Of a stretch of DNA of 64,000 nt, positions 1-9,962 are shown piece by piece. Position numbers and translations under genes: made by a program. The stretch is from a virus (Duplodnaviria; Caudoviricetes), in the IMG/VR virus record IMGVR_UViG_3300021093_000004, one strand, 5' to 3'. The notes under the pieces were generated by a model. The model worked only from the letters and a program-made list of their open reading frames with translations. It ran no database searches and was not told the origin of the DNA. Each line of letters starts with the position of its first letter. The first letter of the stretch is position 1.

Positions 1-294
1 ACACAAGCAGATTCAATCAATAAAGGTGATAAATTCTGGTGCATCCACCGGCGTCTGCCAAAGGCGATGCTCGGTACTGTCATCGTCATGACTGATGAAC
101 CCGGAAAGCTCGTTGGAATGGAATTCGAAGACTGCTTCGGAGGACATTCATGCGATGGTCGCGGGAAAGATGGTCATTGCTTATGGGTAGGCCCAGAGTA
201 TATGTTGACCGAAGATGAATATGCCAGCGAACAAGCTGCGAAGCAAGAAGTATCAGCTTACTCGGAATTACCAAAGGTCGTGCTGAAGTCCTAA
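1..294 (+). CDS. Hypothetical protein, 5'-truncated by the window edge
   Basis: Frame is open from position 1 into the 67..294 ORF; contains GHSCDGRGKDGHC. Confidence 0.55.
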   Translation, partial: TQADSINKGDKFWCIHRRLPKAMLGTVIVMTDEPGKLVGMEFEDCFGGHSCDGRGKDGHCLWVGPEYMLTEDEYASEQAAKQEVSAYSELPKVVLKS

Positions 295-319
295 CGGTAT
301 ATAAGACCGGGGGATTTCA

Positions 320-808
320 ATGTCTACTGCACCAAATGCACCGCGATGGCTCGATGATCCATCGGCACCAGCCACACCGCCAGCGGCTACGACCGAAGGC
401 TACGATTATAAGCTCACATGGGCGGTCAAGTATCGAGATGGGGTCACGTTTGCTCAACGTACCAGTGAGCTAGACAATTCATCTGAATTGATCGATCACA
501 AACGTCTCTGGATACTGCAGCTTCGGGATAAATCCGGTAAAGTCGTAATAGCACAAGAATATCGCAAAGGCCAGATGCCGTTCTATCGCCGCCGCACAGC
601 ATTGCGTATAGGCGAAAACATCATCGAAGTGATTCACATTTTTGGATGGCGTTCCTTATCTGGTGACACCCACGTCGTTTTTGTGTATGAAAGCGATCTC
701 CGCATTGAGATGGGTGATTTCCGGAAAGAGGGCGAGGTGACGACTCGCAACGAGGAATGGCAATATCCAATCAATTTCCGTGATATTGATGGAGTTATAG
801 TAGAGTGA
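320..808 (+). CDS. Hypothetical protein (162 aa)
   Basis: ORF with a GGGGA SD-like element upstream, co-oriented with neighbours. Confidence 0.7.
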   Translation: MSTAPNAPRWLDDPSAPATPPAATTEGYDYKLTWAVKYRDGVTFAQRTSELDNSSELIDHKRLWILQLRDKSGKVVIAQEYRKGQMPFYRRRTALRIGENIIEVIHIFGWRSLSGDTHVVFVYESDLRIEMGDFRKEGEVTTRNEEWQYPINFRDIDGVIVE

Positions 809-817
809 TCCATCTAG

Positions 818-825
818 CAAAAATA
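818..825 (+). promoter_or_regulatory. Candidate late-promoter motif CAAAAATA
   Basis: Exact motif in intergenic DNA upstream of genes at 818, 11272, 34726, 44599 (+) and 58819-58826 (-). Confidence 0.4.
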
Positions 826-844
826 TGCTAGGAGGACAACCGCC

Positions 845-1378
845 ATGAAATGGGTTCCATTCACCGTCCATATTAAGATCATTCCTGCAAATCCGAACAA
901 GCGATTTGCTCACGTGCGAGATATGCAGAAAATCGCACATCTCGCCTACGAGGGCTTGGAAACGCTCGTACCCGACACTATTAATATTGCTCAGCCCGGT
1001 GGTGGACAGCACCGTTCTTTCGGAGGCACCGATCGCGGAGGGAACAGCGGGCTGGTCCATGGTTGTGCTGTGAAGCCACAATTTGGTGAAACCCCAGCAC
1101 AATTACAGATCACTGGGTTTTATAATTCTAGTGCCCAAAATATTCAACCATATCCAGAACTCGAAAGAATTCACGCTGGTGAAGTTCTAAATGGTCCGAG
1201 TGCACATTCTTGGGATTCAGTCCCAGTGACGACTGTTGTGAACGAGGTCAAGGCCCTTAAGACCGCATTGGAGGGAGCCATCACAACTACTCTGCCGGGC
1301 GGCGTCACATTCAACATTTTCCGCCTCGAATATTCTGGTGTGATGTATGGGGATCGTGGTTATCATTTCCCGATATAA
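845..1378 (+). CDS. Hypothetical protein (177 aa), possibly virion-associated
   Basis: Strong GGAGG RBS; lies just upstream of the neck genes. Confidence 0.7.
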   Translation: MKWVPFTVHIKIIPANPNKRFAHVRDMQKIAHLAYEGLETLVPDTINIAQPGGGQHRSFGGTDRGGNSGLVHGCAVKPQFGETPAQLQITGFYNSSAQNIQPYPELERIHAGEVLNGPSAHSWDSVPVTTVVNEVKALKTALEGAITTTLPGGVTFNIFRLEYSGVMYGDRGYHFPI

Positions 1379-1387
1379 GAGGTCAAT

Positions 1388-1606
1388 ATGCGAATGGCAC
1401 GAGAAGACGTATTACATATTCGTCAAATCGCTGCCTCTCACGGTCGTGAATTGACCCCCGATGAAGTAATAAATCTCATCAGGCTTATAAGACCAAACAT
1501 AGAAATAGATAACGACCCTGGTTTGATTACATTATTGAGGCAATCGAGGCATAACGATGGCGATATTGGCCCCAGCGGATCTTCCGGCAGTTCTCAAGGT
1601 TCGTAG
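1388..1606 (+). CDS. Small hypothetical protein (72 aa)
   Basis: GAGG RBS, fills the gap between neighbours. Confidence 0.5.
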   Translation: MRMAREDVLHIRQIAASHGRELTPDEVINLIRLIRPNIEIDNDPGLITLLRQSRHNDGDIGPSGSSGSSQGS

Positions 1607-2339
1607 CGAACCTATGAAGAAATTCGTCTTGTCGAAGATGGGCCATCCAATAACCGAAGTTGAAATCGCCGAAGATCAATGGGAAACAATTTTCAAGGTA
1701 TCGGGCGATTTTATCGCCGGATATTTCCCAAGAGAGCAAAAGCTCGGCGTATTTTATACTACTCCACTTAGATCGACATATCCTCTACCGCAAGACGCAT
1801 ATTGGGTTCAATCTGTAAATTGGGACCCAGTAACGACCCGCATTGATGATGTCTTTGGTGCGGGAAGTTTCTTATTCAATATTGGCAACATTTCTGGTGC
1901 CCAAAATGTTCTGTCTGACTATCATTTACTACAGTCATATCGCAAATTTAGCCAGAAGATTTTGGGGACTGAAGGGCATTGGGAAGTAATCGGAGAAGGC
2001 ACAAGCAACGTCACAGACGATCAATTGTCGGCAAAAGATCAATTGATCCGATTATACCCAACTCCAAAAGGTGCATTCCCGGTTGTTGTGTTGTACATTC
2101 CGGTCGTGAATCATTTTCGCAGTCCACAGGCCAGAGCTATCTGTTATGATATGATGCTGGCAGAAGCTAAGATTGCTGTTGGTAGTGCAAGAAGAAAAGT
2201 AGCCGGTATGCCGACACCAGATGGTGGCTCGATTAATTATGATGGATCGGATCTGGTTCAAGAAGGCGAAAAAATGAAAGAAGAAATCGTCAAACGAGCC
2301 ATCGAATTAGGTGAACCATTAGGTCCACATATGTGGTGA
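1557..2339 (+). CDS. Neck/head-completion protein, T4 gp13-like
   Basis: N-terminal KMGHPITEVEIAEDQW resembles the gp13-family LGxPxIxVE..DQ motif; first gene of the neck-tail run. Confidence 0.7.
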   Translation: MAILAPADLPAVLKVRSEPMKKFVLSKMGHPITEVEIAEDQWETIFKVSGDFIAGYFPREQKLGVFYTTPLRSTYPLPQDAYWVQSVNWDPVTTRIDDVFGAGSFLFNIGNISGAQNVLSDYHLLQSYRKFSQKILGTEGHWEVIGEGTSNVTDDQLSAKDQLIRLYPTPKGAFPVVVLYIPVVNHFRSPQARAICYDMMLAEAKIAVGSARRKVAGMPTPDGGSINYDGSDLVQEGEKMKEEIVKRAIELGEPLGPHMW

Positions 2340-2343
2340 TCAC

Positions 2344-2835
2344 ATGGGTGCGGGTACACACCAATATCAATTAGAAATTCGCGGAAGCAACAAAGTTTTG
2401 GTTCCGGGATGCGAACCTTCATCCGCGTTGTCGTCGCGAACGTTATCCGCATACATGGCATCTAGACAAGGCTGCAAAAACGCATTAGTCGATTTAGATG
2501 ATGCGTTGGCTGCTATTCCCGGTTCATCTGTTAAGATCGGATTCAATTTCAACAAAGGCGTGCGGCAGAAGTGGTTCGTGCTGCCTCCAATAGACCCAAC
2601 ATGCCCATGTGTACCGTATCCTGATTATTATAATATATTGCGTAATATTCCTGGATCTGAATTGCCTGTGGAATCAGAATTCGATAGATGCGATTTAATA
2701 GGCATGGGCTACTGCCCATCTCCAGATTTCATGGACGTTGAACCACCACCGCAAGACCCATATCAAGAAGAAGGGTCATTTCCTGCTGCTGGCGGTGTAT
2801 TACCACCGGTACCACCATGGGCTGAGAAGACATGA
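2344..2835 (+). CDS. Hypothetical Pro/Cys-rich protein (163 aa)
   Basis: ORF in the structural operon. Confidence 0.65.
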   Translation: MGAGTHQYQLEIRGSNKVLVPGCEPSSALSSRTLSAYMASRQGCKNALVDLDDALAAIPGSSVKIGFNFNKGVRQKWFVLPPIDPTCPCVPYPDYYNILRNIPGSELPVESEFDRCDLIGMGYCPSPDFMDVEPPPQDPYQEEGSFPAAGGVLPPVPPWAEKT

Positions 2836-2924
2836 ATCCAGAAGAAATCGCTAGATTAATAACTGAAGACCCTGATTTGAATGTGGATATACGCGATAAC
2901 AATTGGTGGGTAATAACAGTATAA
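2832..2924 (+). CDS. Micro-ORF, 30 aa (MNPEEIARLITEDPDLNVDIRDNNWWVITV)
   Basis: ATGA start/stop overlap with the upstream ORF; below the ORF-track size cutoff. Confidence 0.35.
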   Translation: MNPEEIARLITEDPDLNVDIRDNNWWVITV

Positions 2925-2968
2925 TCGGTTGGCTTGCCTTATCACAAACATATCGTAGAGGACACGGT

Positions 2969-3589
2969 ATGATTCATAGATTTGGAATTTCACAAGGCGT
3001 TGGCGACGAGGCTTTCGACTCAGTACACGAAAGCTTTCGCTCTGATGTTGACCAACGACATACTCCTATAGCATTACATGATCCCGAATCTGCTGACATC
3101 AAATTGGCTCGGCGATTAGCCGACGAAATGATAAATGTTAGTGGGGCGGAGGTTAAGGTATATGTTCGTACTGAGAACAGTGATTATGATACGGTTTGGG
3201 ATGAAGATGCGGACCCGACCTATTGGGCACCGATGCTGACTAAGGGATTCTTTAAGCCCAAACCGATCGAGATGGAATTGAAGCGTTGGGGTGTCGATAC
3301 TACCAACAAAACGGAAATTGTCTTCAGTCACCGACAGATTTATAACTTGCTTGGTGAGCGTATGCTTAGAGCCGGTGATGTTATTCAATTGCCGTTCAAT
3401 GCTGTGCCAATAAGCCCAAAAAATTACCGCATCTTGAATGCGACACCCAGTGGTAATTTTAGATATATCTGGTTATATTTCACATGCCAGATAGAATTGC
3501 TCACTGCCGATGTCACCGTTCGTCCCGAGGCTGATATGCCGGATGAAGAACAGATTCAATCTGGTGGTCAATATAGGGAATCGTTATGA
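2969..3589 (+). CDS. Neck/head-closure protein, T4 gp14-like
   Basis: E.I...GxEVKVY..., ELKRWGVD..., GDVIQLP pattern; GAGGA RBS before ATG 2969. Confidence 0.65.
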   Translation: MIHRFGISQGVGDEAFDSVHESFRSDVDQRHTPIALHDPESADIKLARRLADEMINVSGAEVKVYVRTENSDYDTVWDEDADPTYWAPMLTKGFFKPKPIEMELKRWGVDTTNKTEIVFSHRQIYNLLGERMLRAGDVIQLPFNAVPISPKNYRILNATPSGNFRYIWLYFTCQIELLTADVTVRPEADMPDEEQIQSGGQYRESL

Positions 3590-3879
3590 ACAAGACTAAA
3601 TCACAATTGCAGATGGCTGACGAAGGATTTCGAGTATCAAACCATCGCTTTATGAATATGATTGCATCAGGGATCTCTGCATTGATCGCAGAAACTGTTC
3701 CTGGTCTTAAGCTGCAATATACCGGAAAATCTATTCGAGGTGACTCGATATCGGCTGTGCTTATTGGAAAAATTCAGCTTGCTGATAAGGAGGAGCTTGA
3801 TAGCACATCCGACAAAGTGCGAATAACGATGCAAGGGTTAAAAAACCCATCAAACTTGCTCGCAACCATGAGAGAATAA
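3586..3879 (+). CDS. Hypothetical protein (97 aa)
   Basis: ATGA-coupled to the upstream gene. Confidence 0.6.
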   Translation: MNKTKSQLQMADEGFRVSNHRFMNMIASGISALIAETVPGLKLQYTGKSIRGDSISAVLIGKIQLADKEELDSTSDKVRITMQGLKNPSNLLATMRE

Positions 3880-3880
3880 G

Positions 3881-4756
3881 ATGCCGGTTTACAATTTTGA
3901 TAACGATTTCTCTGTTAAAGGCTCGGCGACGCAATCGTTGCCGTTTGGCTTAAAAGAGATACCGGCTGTACGGCAACTAAGTCATGCTGAAAGCGGACGA
4001 ACCCCGCTAGACGGATCTGACCTACAGACATATCCAAATCATCTCGAAGAATTTCTACAGCCAGGATTTTGGTCTCTTGATTCTGCTATGAAGCAATATT
4101 GGTGTGGGATTCGGGTCCCGACCAAAGACTCATACCGCTTTATGCGTGTAAAGGTTGCCGGTGGTGATAAGAGCCTGCTGATCTGGGCTGATGATCTGAA
4201 GGAGGGGCGTGCCCGATTGCCTTTGGCGGCGATCAGCCGTGAAGGTCACGAATTCAATCCAGAGAAATTTAGCCCTGCATATCATGCTATGACTGCTCGC
4301 TATCTGAGTCGTCGCGGCAATATGGCTGCTAAAATTTTTCGGCCTGTCCCGTTCTTGGTTGAGTATAAATTGATCATTTGGACGGAACGGAAGCGAGACG
4401 CTGAATATATCCTATATCAGATATTGACTCGTTTCAACCCTCTCGCTGAATTCAGGATGTTCGACGGGAAAATCGAGGGCAACGTGCAACTACGATATGG
4501 TGGATGTACGGATGCGAGTGATAAGGAAACAGGATTTGACCAGCATGCAAATGTACGTTATGAAATATCAACTACGGCAGAAGCTTGGTTGCCATTGCCG
4601 GAGAAGATTGTTCCGACCGTGCTTGGTAGAGTAGCCTTACTCAAGGAAAAATTAGGTGAGGTGCTACTTGCAGGGCTTGGGAGTTCAACAAGCAGTAATC
4701 AGTGGTTTGAACCGATTCAAGATCCGAACAAAGCACGTGAGATCGTAGCCCCATAA
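3881..4756 (+). CDS. Tail terminator/sheath stabilizer, T4 gp15-like
   Basis: PVPFLVEYKLIIWT...QILTRFNP matches the gp15-family core; precedes the sheath. Confidence 0.7.
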   Translation: MPVYNFDNDFSVKGSATQSLPFGLKEIPAVRQLSHAESGRTPLDGSDLQTYPNHLEEFLQPGFWSLDSAMKQYWCGIRVPTKDSYRFMRVKVAGGDKSLLIWADDLKEGRARLPLAAISREGHEFNPEKFSPAYHAMTARYLSRRGNMAAKIFRPVPFLVEYKLIIWTERKRDAEYILYQILTRFNPLAEFRMFDGKIEGNVQLRYGGCTDASDKETGFDQHANVRYEISTTAEAWLPLPEKIVPTVLGRVALLKEKLGEVLLAGLGSSTSSNQWFEPIQDPNKAREIVAP

Positions 4757-4777
4757 GACATACACGGAGACAACCTA

Positions 4778-5026
4778 ATGGCACCTAAGAAAAAATCACA
4801 TGTTGTGCGAATTTACAACAATTCGCGGCAAATGATACCGCTTCAGGCTCGTGCACCCGGTGCTGACTTTTTCACAAGTGAACAACAAGTGCGACTCGAT
4901 CCTGGTAAAGATGTGCTTCTCCCAAAGAGCCATCTGCGGCGGGATCAAATTGAAAACCTACAGAAGCGTGGGATGATCAAAGTCGTCTATGACAGCGAAG
5001 TTGCTGAAGAATTAGTAGCTTCCTGA
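4778..5026 (+). CDS. Small basic hypothetical protein (82 aa)
   Basis: GGAGA RBS; between gp15-like and sheath genes. Confidence 0.65.
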   Translation: MAPKKKSHVVRIYNNSRQMIPLQARAPGADFFTSEQQVRLDPGKDVLLPKSHLRRDQIENLQKRGMIKVVYDSEVAEELVAS

Positions 5027-5080
5027 ACGCTCCGAGAAAAAATACGTCAAAGTCGATAAACGACAGATGGAGTATGACAG

Positions 5081-7939
5081 ATGCCAGTATACTTAAGTCC
5101 GGGCGTTTTCCCGCGAGAAATCGATCTGAGCGTGTTGCCAACGGCAGTGGGTCCACTTCGGCCAGCATTCATTGGTACTGCCAAGAAAGGGGCAATGAAT
5201 CAGCCGTTGTTTATATCCAATTCTCAACAAGCCCTCGAAACATTCGGCGAACCGTTCCCCGAAAGTTATTTGATGTACGCAGTGCTTGCCTTCTTGGAAG
5301 AAGGTAATCAGTGCTACGTTATGCGGGTCGGTGTTGAATGTGAAGACGGGCAACCAGATGAACTATCTGACATCTGTATCGACACCTCTGGCGGTCGTGG
5401 GAAAGGCTGGGGACGAATTCCTCTTTTCACTGGCATTGATTACGGTCGTATCAATCTTCGCCAAATTTCTGCGGATAGCCCCGTAACGTTCCATAACGCT
5501 GACGTAGCTAATATCGAATACAACGATGTTGATGTGTCCGGCACACACGGTCCAACTAACGCCACTCTCAACACCCTTGGGACCTATACCGGCGAGATCG
5601 ATGACTCTTACGTCATGATTATCGCGTCGGCACCCGACGCTTCGGCATTTGCATCAGTTCAAGGTGCCGCATTCCAAGTTATTCGAAATAGTGACGGTGA
5701 GGTTGTTGCCGAAGGCACGCTCGAAGACGGCAACGATGATGGAATCTCTGAATGGATTCCGATTGGTGATGGTTTGTCGGTTCGAGTGAACGTCACATCT
5801 GGCGTTTTGGACGAAAACGACACCTTCACTTTCACGGTGCAGCCAAATAACCGTTCGTTCTCGGTGTCCGTTGAAGGTGGTTCGGCGACTGTCTACCAGA
5901 TGCCGATTGCATCGTACACCACAGTTGACGACTTTGTTGCCGCGTTCAATGCGGTGATTGTTGCTGGTGGTGAAGATTACTTGATGGTCGAATACACGCT
6001 GGAAGACGGCGATACCGTTATCCCGCAATTGCGAACGACCACCGCTGGCGAACGCATTCAAATTATAACTACCAGTGCGTGGGCGCAGGAAGTCGGAAGT
6101 CAACAATATGCATGGGATATTCCCCGCTCGTACTTGCTTGGTCTCGATGCTGGCCTATATGCGATCACCACGCAAAATAACCGCGTCAAGATCAATGCTA
6201 TTGGCCAATCCGCAACAAAGACCATCGAATTCAATGTGCCTGTTGGTCTGGGCCAGACTGCTGCTGCCATTGCGAATGTCATTGATCTGGCTGGTATCGT
6301 CGCAGGCGACGTTATTTGGGATTCGTTTGAATTGACCGTTCCGGGCGGCAACACCCACGTAGTGATTGTCACATCACCGGGGCATCAGTTTGATACACTC
6401 CATATGCAGGCCAGCTTCTCTAACCTCAAAACATTGCGGTTTGCGGAAGAATTGAACATTCCATATCCGTACAAGCGGGCCTACCGTGGCTTCAACGACA
6501 ATCGGTTGACCTTACCAAATTCTGGCGAAGTTACCGCCGCAACGCCATTGTCCTGCGAAACTGATCCATTTGGTGCTGATTGTGCGGCTGATACAGCCTA
6601 CTTCCAGAATATCGTAGGATGGCTGGTCGCTCCTAGCCCCGGAACATGGGTCGAGGGTGCCTCTGCCACCTTGGAACTGTTCACCGAAGGATTGGGTGAC
6701 TCCGCTGGTCGGTACAAGCTGACCATCAAAGACGCGAACAAGCAAGTTGTTGATATTGTTGAAGACCTGTCATTCGATAAACGAATCGATCGGTACATCG
6801 CCAACGTCATCAATGCAGGAACTGAATATGGCGGAACCAACGGTAACGCCTACATGAACTGGGAAGAACGTCCGGCGTTCTTGAACAACAACGTCAATGA
6901 TCTCTCAACATTTGAAGTGCGGCAGCCGTCGCAACTCAATGAGAAAGAATACCAAGGTCAGGAAAACGGTATTCCGACCGATCCAGCATTTTCTAGCGAA
7001 TTGGATGCTGCGGTGATTGGTAATCCCGCCATCAGTTCTGGAATCTACGCATTTCAGAATCCTGAAACGCTGGATATCAACCTGTTGCTCACACCCGGAT
7101 TCTCAACTGGGGCTGTCATCGGAACGGCATTGCAAATGTGCGAAAGCCGTGGTGACGTGCTTTACATCGTTGACCCACCGTTCGGCCTCCGACCGCAACA
7201 AGTTGTCGATTGGCACAACGGTATGCTCCTTTCTGATCTCCAAGCAGCGATCAACAGCAGCTACGGTGCATTGTACTGGGGCTGGATTCGGGTGTTCGAT
7301 CAGTTCACTGCCGATGAACTTTGGATTCCGCCGTCTGGACACATTTCGGCGGTCTTCTCGCGAACCGCTCGCGAAGCAGAGCAATGGTTCGCTCCTGCCG
7401 GTCTTCGCCGTGGTCGATTGCTCACCGCACTCGATGTCGAATACTCACCGACACAGGGCGAACGCGACTTGCTATACGGTTCTGGCAATTCGGTTAACCC
7501 GATTGTAAAGTTCCCGCAAGACGGAATCACGGTCTGGGGTCAGAGAACTCTCCAAAGATCTCAGTCGGCTCTAAATCGTGTAAACGTCAGAATGCTCTTG
7601 ATCTATGTGAAGAAGAATTTGGTTCGCTTGCTCAGAAACTTCATCTTTGAGCCAAACGACAGAATTCTTTGGAGACAGGTCAAGGCGACGGTTGACCCAT
7701 TCCTTTCTGACATCCAAGCTCGTCGTGGTCTGACGGCTTTCAATGTCGTCGTGGACGAAACGAACAACACGCCGGAAAGAATTGACCGGAACGAGTTGTG
7801 GGTTTCGGTCTTCCTGAAGCCAACGCGAGCCGTTGAATTTATCGTGCTGAACCTTGTGGTTCTCCGAACAGGAGCGAGCTTCTCTGCTGAAGAGGTCTTG
7901 GCTGCTGGCGGCATTGTGACTTCGGCAACAGCCGTATAA
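5081..7939 (+). CDS. Contractile tail sheath protein (gp18-like)
   Basis: YLSPGVFPREID N-terminus; WFAPAG, WGQRTL, RVNVRML and KPTRAVEFI sheath motifs. Confidence 0.96.
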   Translation: MPVYLSPGVFPREIDLSVLPTAVGPLRPAFIGTAKKGAMNQPLFISNSQQALETFGEPFPESYLMYAVLAFLEEGNQCYVMRVGVECEDGQPDELSDICIDTSGGRGKGWGRIPLFTGIDYGRINLRQISADSPVTFHNADVANIEYNDVDVSGTHGPTNATLNTLGTYTGEIDDSYVMIIASAPDASAFASVQGAAFQVIRNSDGEVVAEGTLEDGNDDGISEWIPIGDGLSVRVNVTSGVLDENDTFTFTVQPNNRSFSVSVEGGSATVYQMPIASYTTVDDFVAAFNAVIVAGGEDYLMVEYTLEDGDTVIPQLRTTTAGERIQIITTSAWAQEVGSQQYAWDIPRSYLLGLDAGLYAITTQNNRVKINAIGQSATKTIEFNVPVGLGQTAAAIANVIDLAGIVAGDVIWDSFELTVPGGNTHVVIVTSPGHQFDTLHMQASFSNLKTLRFAEELNIPYPYKRAYRGFNDNRLTLPNSGEVTAATPLSCETDPFGADCAADTAYFQNIVGWLVAPSPGTWVEGASATLELFTEGLGDSAGRYKLTIKDANKQVVDIVEDLSFDKRIDRYIANVINAGTEYGGTNGNAYMNWEERPAFLNNNVNDLSTFEVRQPSQLNEKEYQGQENGIPTDPAFSSELDAAVIGNPAISSGIYAFQNPETLDINLLLTPGFSTGAVIGTALQMCESRGDVLYIVDPPFGLRPQQVVDWHNGMLLSDLQAAINSSYGALYWGWIRVFDQFTADELWIPPSGHISAVFSRTAREAEQWFAPAGLRRGRLLTALDVEYSPTQGERDLLYGSGNSVNPIVKFPQDGITVWGQRTLQRSQSALNRVNVRMLLIYVKKNLVRLLRNFIFEPNDRILWRQVKATVDPFLSDIQARRGLTAFNVVVDETNNTPERIDRNELWVSVFLKPTRAVEFIVLNLVVLRTGASFSAEEVLAAGGIVTSATAV

Positions 7940-7983
7940 TTTAACGGTCGATTGAAAGACTAAATCGAACGTAGGAGTAAAAG

Positions 7984-8571
7984 ATGCCAGGATTTAACGT
8001 TCAACCATTCGGCGGTGGTTATTCTGCCGAAGGACCGTCGAATACGGTTGAAGTGCGGCGTAAGCACCGTTGGGTTTTCGAAACCCTCGGTCGCGGTACG
8101 AGCACCTTCTCCCAAGCTGAACTGTTGGTGCTACAATCGGCGTCCCGGCCAAGCTTCAAGTTTGAAGAAACGGACATGCACCATAACCAAGAACAGGTAT
8201 GGTTTGCTGGTAAGCAGAACTGGGACCCAGTTACCATGGTGTGGTACGACGTTGAACAGTCACCCGATATTTCGCGTGGTATTTACCACTGGTTAGAAAC
8301 CGTGGTGAACATGCAAAGCATCGCGGTAGCACACCCGCGATTCTACAAGAGAACCGCTTCGCTTATTCTGCTCGACGGTACTGGACAAACCACGGAACAA
8401 TGGCAAATGTTTGGTACGTGGCCAGTAACGATCAACTGGCAGGAACTCGATTACACTTCGACGGACCTGATGACCTGCGAAACCACAATGCGATATGATC
8501 GTGCGGTCCGGACGTGCCTTCAGGCTCCAGGCCCGCAACCGATTTCGCCGAACTGCCCACAAGGGAGCTAA
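7984..8571 (+). CDS. Tail tube protein (gp19-like), probable major tube
   Basis: Follows the sheath; GKQNWDPVTMVWYD, WQMFGTWP and LDY..D...RYD tube motifs. Confidence 0.88.
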   Translation: MPGFNVQPFGGGYSAEGPSNTVEVRRKHRWVFETLGRGTSTFSQAELLVLQSASRPSFKFEETDMHHNQEQVWFAGKQNWDPVTMVWYDVEQSPDISRGIYHWLETVVNMQSIAVAHPRFYKRTASLILLDGTGQTTEQWQMFGTWPVTINWQELDYTSTDLMTCETTMRYDRAVRTCLQAPGPQPISPNCPQGS

Positions 8572-8601
8572 GCTTCCTAATAACACGTTACGATTCTCAA
8601 T

Positions 8602-8634
8602 GGGACCTGCGATTGCATCAATGGTCCCGTTTTT
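8602..8634 (+). terminator. Putative intrinsic terminator after tube gene 1
   Basis: GGGACC/GGTCCC stem followed by GTTTTT. Confidence 0.4.
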
Positions 8635-8645
8635 GTAGGTATGTT

Positions 8646-9239
8646 ATGCCGGGCTTTTTAATTCCGAATACGCAGCCATGTAATGAAGGATTTAAGGGTC
8701 AATCTGTATATGAAGGTCCTGATCCTAACATGGAATATGCTCGTCGGAACCGATGGATATTAGAGTTTCTCGAGCCATTTGGGGACATAAAAAACGGTAT
8801 ATTGCTCTATGCTCATAAATGCACGAGACCGACACCAGAAATCGAAGAAATTGAAATTCATCATGGACAAGATGTAATATATCGGCCAGGGAAGAATCGC
8901 TGGTATCCAATAGATTTCACGTTTTATGAAAAGGCTCCCGGAACTGGTGATGGCCCACCGACTGAAGACGAAACAGCCAGACGAATTTACGACTGGTGGG
9001 CTAGATCAATGATAAACCTCACTGAATCAAGACATGGAGAACTGGATGACTATCTGAAATATGGCAACCTACAAATGCTCGATGGAAGCGGTATAGGCAT
9101 TTGGGAATATCAATTATACGAATGTTGGCCGCTGAAAGTTTCTCCTTCTGATTTAGACTATGCAGATAGTAATATAGCAGAAATCACAGTAACTCTACGT
9201 TACAATAAAGCTAAAGAGTTCAATGCGCCGAAGCTATAA
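8646..9239 (+). CDS. Tail tube-like protein 2
   Basis: Starts MPGF like its paralogs; YQLYECWPLKVSPSDLDY...VTLRY motif. Confidence 0.8.
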   Translation: MPGFLIPNTQPCNEGFKGQSVYEGPDPNMEYARRNRWILEFLEPFGDIKNGILLYAHKCTRPTPEIEEIEIHHGQDVIYRPGKNRWYPIDFTFYEKAPGTGDGPPTEDETARRIYDWWARSMINLTESRHGELDDYLKYGNLQMLDGSGIGIWEYQLYECWPLKVSPSDLDYADSNIAEITVTLRYNKAKEFNAPKL

Positions 9240-9256
9240 AGCTAGAGAGCAGTAAT

Positions 9257-9835
9257 ATGCCAGGATTTCAAGTCCAAACATTAGGCAAGCCAGTTCCATC
9301 AACAATTCAATATTATTACACATATACGTGGTCTCTGCCAACAATTTTCGGCATCGGTGCACAAAGTCCGCCATTAGTGCTATTAAAGGAAGCGACAACC
9401 CCGACATTCACCGCGAACAAAGAGAATTACGTTGGATCAAGTCTTGAATACAAGTATGCGAAGAGCATTACTTGGGAAGATATCAAGTTAACATGGTATG
9501 ATAGTGTTGGCTTGATAGATATTATCAGAGGCTGGCGGGAATCTGTTTGGACGCCGAAGGACGGATTAAAGCCAGCCACAGAATATAAACAAACCACTGA
9601 ATTGGAATGCTTCTTGCCTACTGGTAAGAGAACATATGGATGGAAATTGAATGGTAGCTGGCCATCGCAAATTAGATGTGGTGATCTAACCTATACTAAC
9701 AGTGATGTGAAACTCGTCGAAGTCACTGTTTCATATGATTGGGCGGAAGATATCTTCTTCCAGCCAGCAGCATCTCAACAGCCACCTCCGTACGTGAGCC
9801 CGGCATTGGACGGAGGCGGCGTGCCTCTTGGTTGA
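9257..9835 (+). CDS. Tail tube-like protein 3
   Basis: MPGF start; WEDIKLTWYD, WKLNGSWPS and DLTY...VTVSYD motifs. Confidence 0.8.
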   Translation: MPGFQVQTLGKPVPSTIQYYYTYTWSLPTIFGIGAQSPPLVLLKEATTPTFTANKENYVGSSLEYKYAKSITWEDIKLTWYDSVGLIDIIRGWRESVWTPKDGLKPATEYKQTTELECFLPTGKRTYGWKLNGSWPSQIRCGDLTYTNSDVKLVEVTVSYDWAEDIFFQPAASQQPPPYVSPALDGGGVPLG

Positions 9836-9962
9836 CTGGCGAAAAGGTTGGACAGCCAGACCGTCCTGATCTTGTTTAACACGCAATTTCATTTCTTCGC
9901 GATTTCGATGTATATAGAGTCGCTGGTACTTCTATTCTATTCCGCATGGGAAGACGAACAAA

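Noticed and set aside
8514-8645. N-terminal extension of tube paralog 2 as given in the ORF track
   Set aside because: It overlaps tube 1 and a terminator-like hairpin; the MPGF start at 8646 matches the paralogs.
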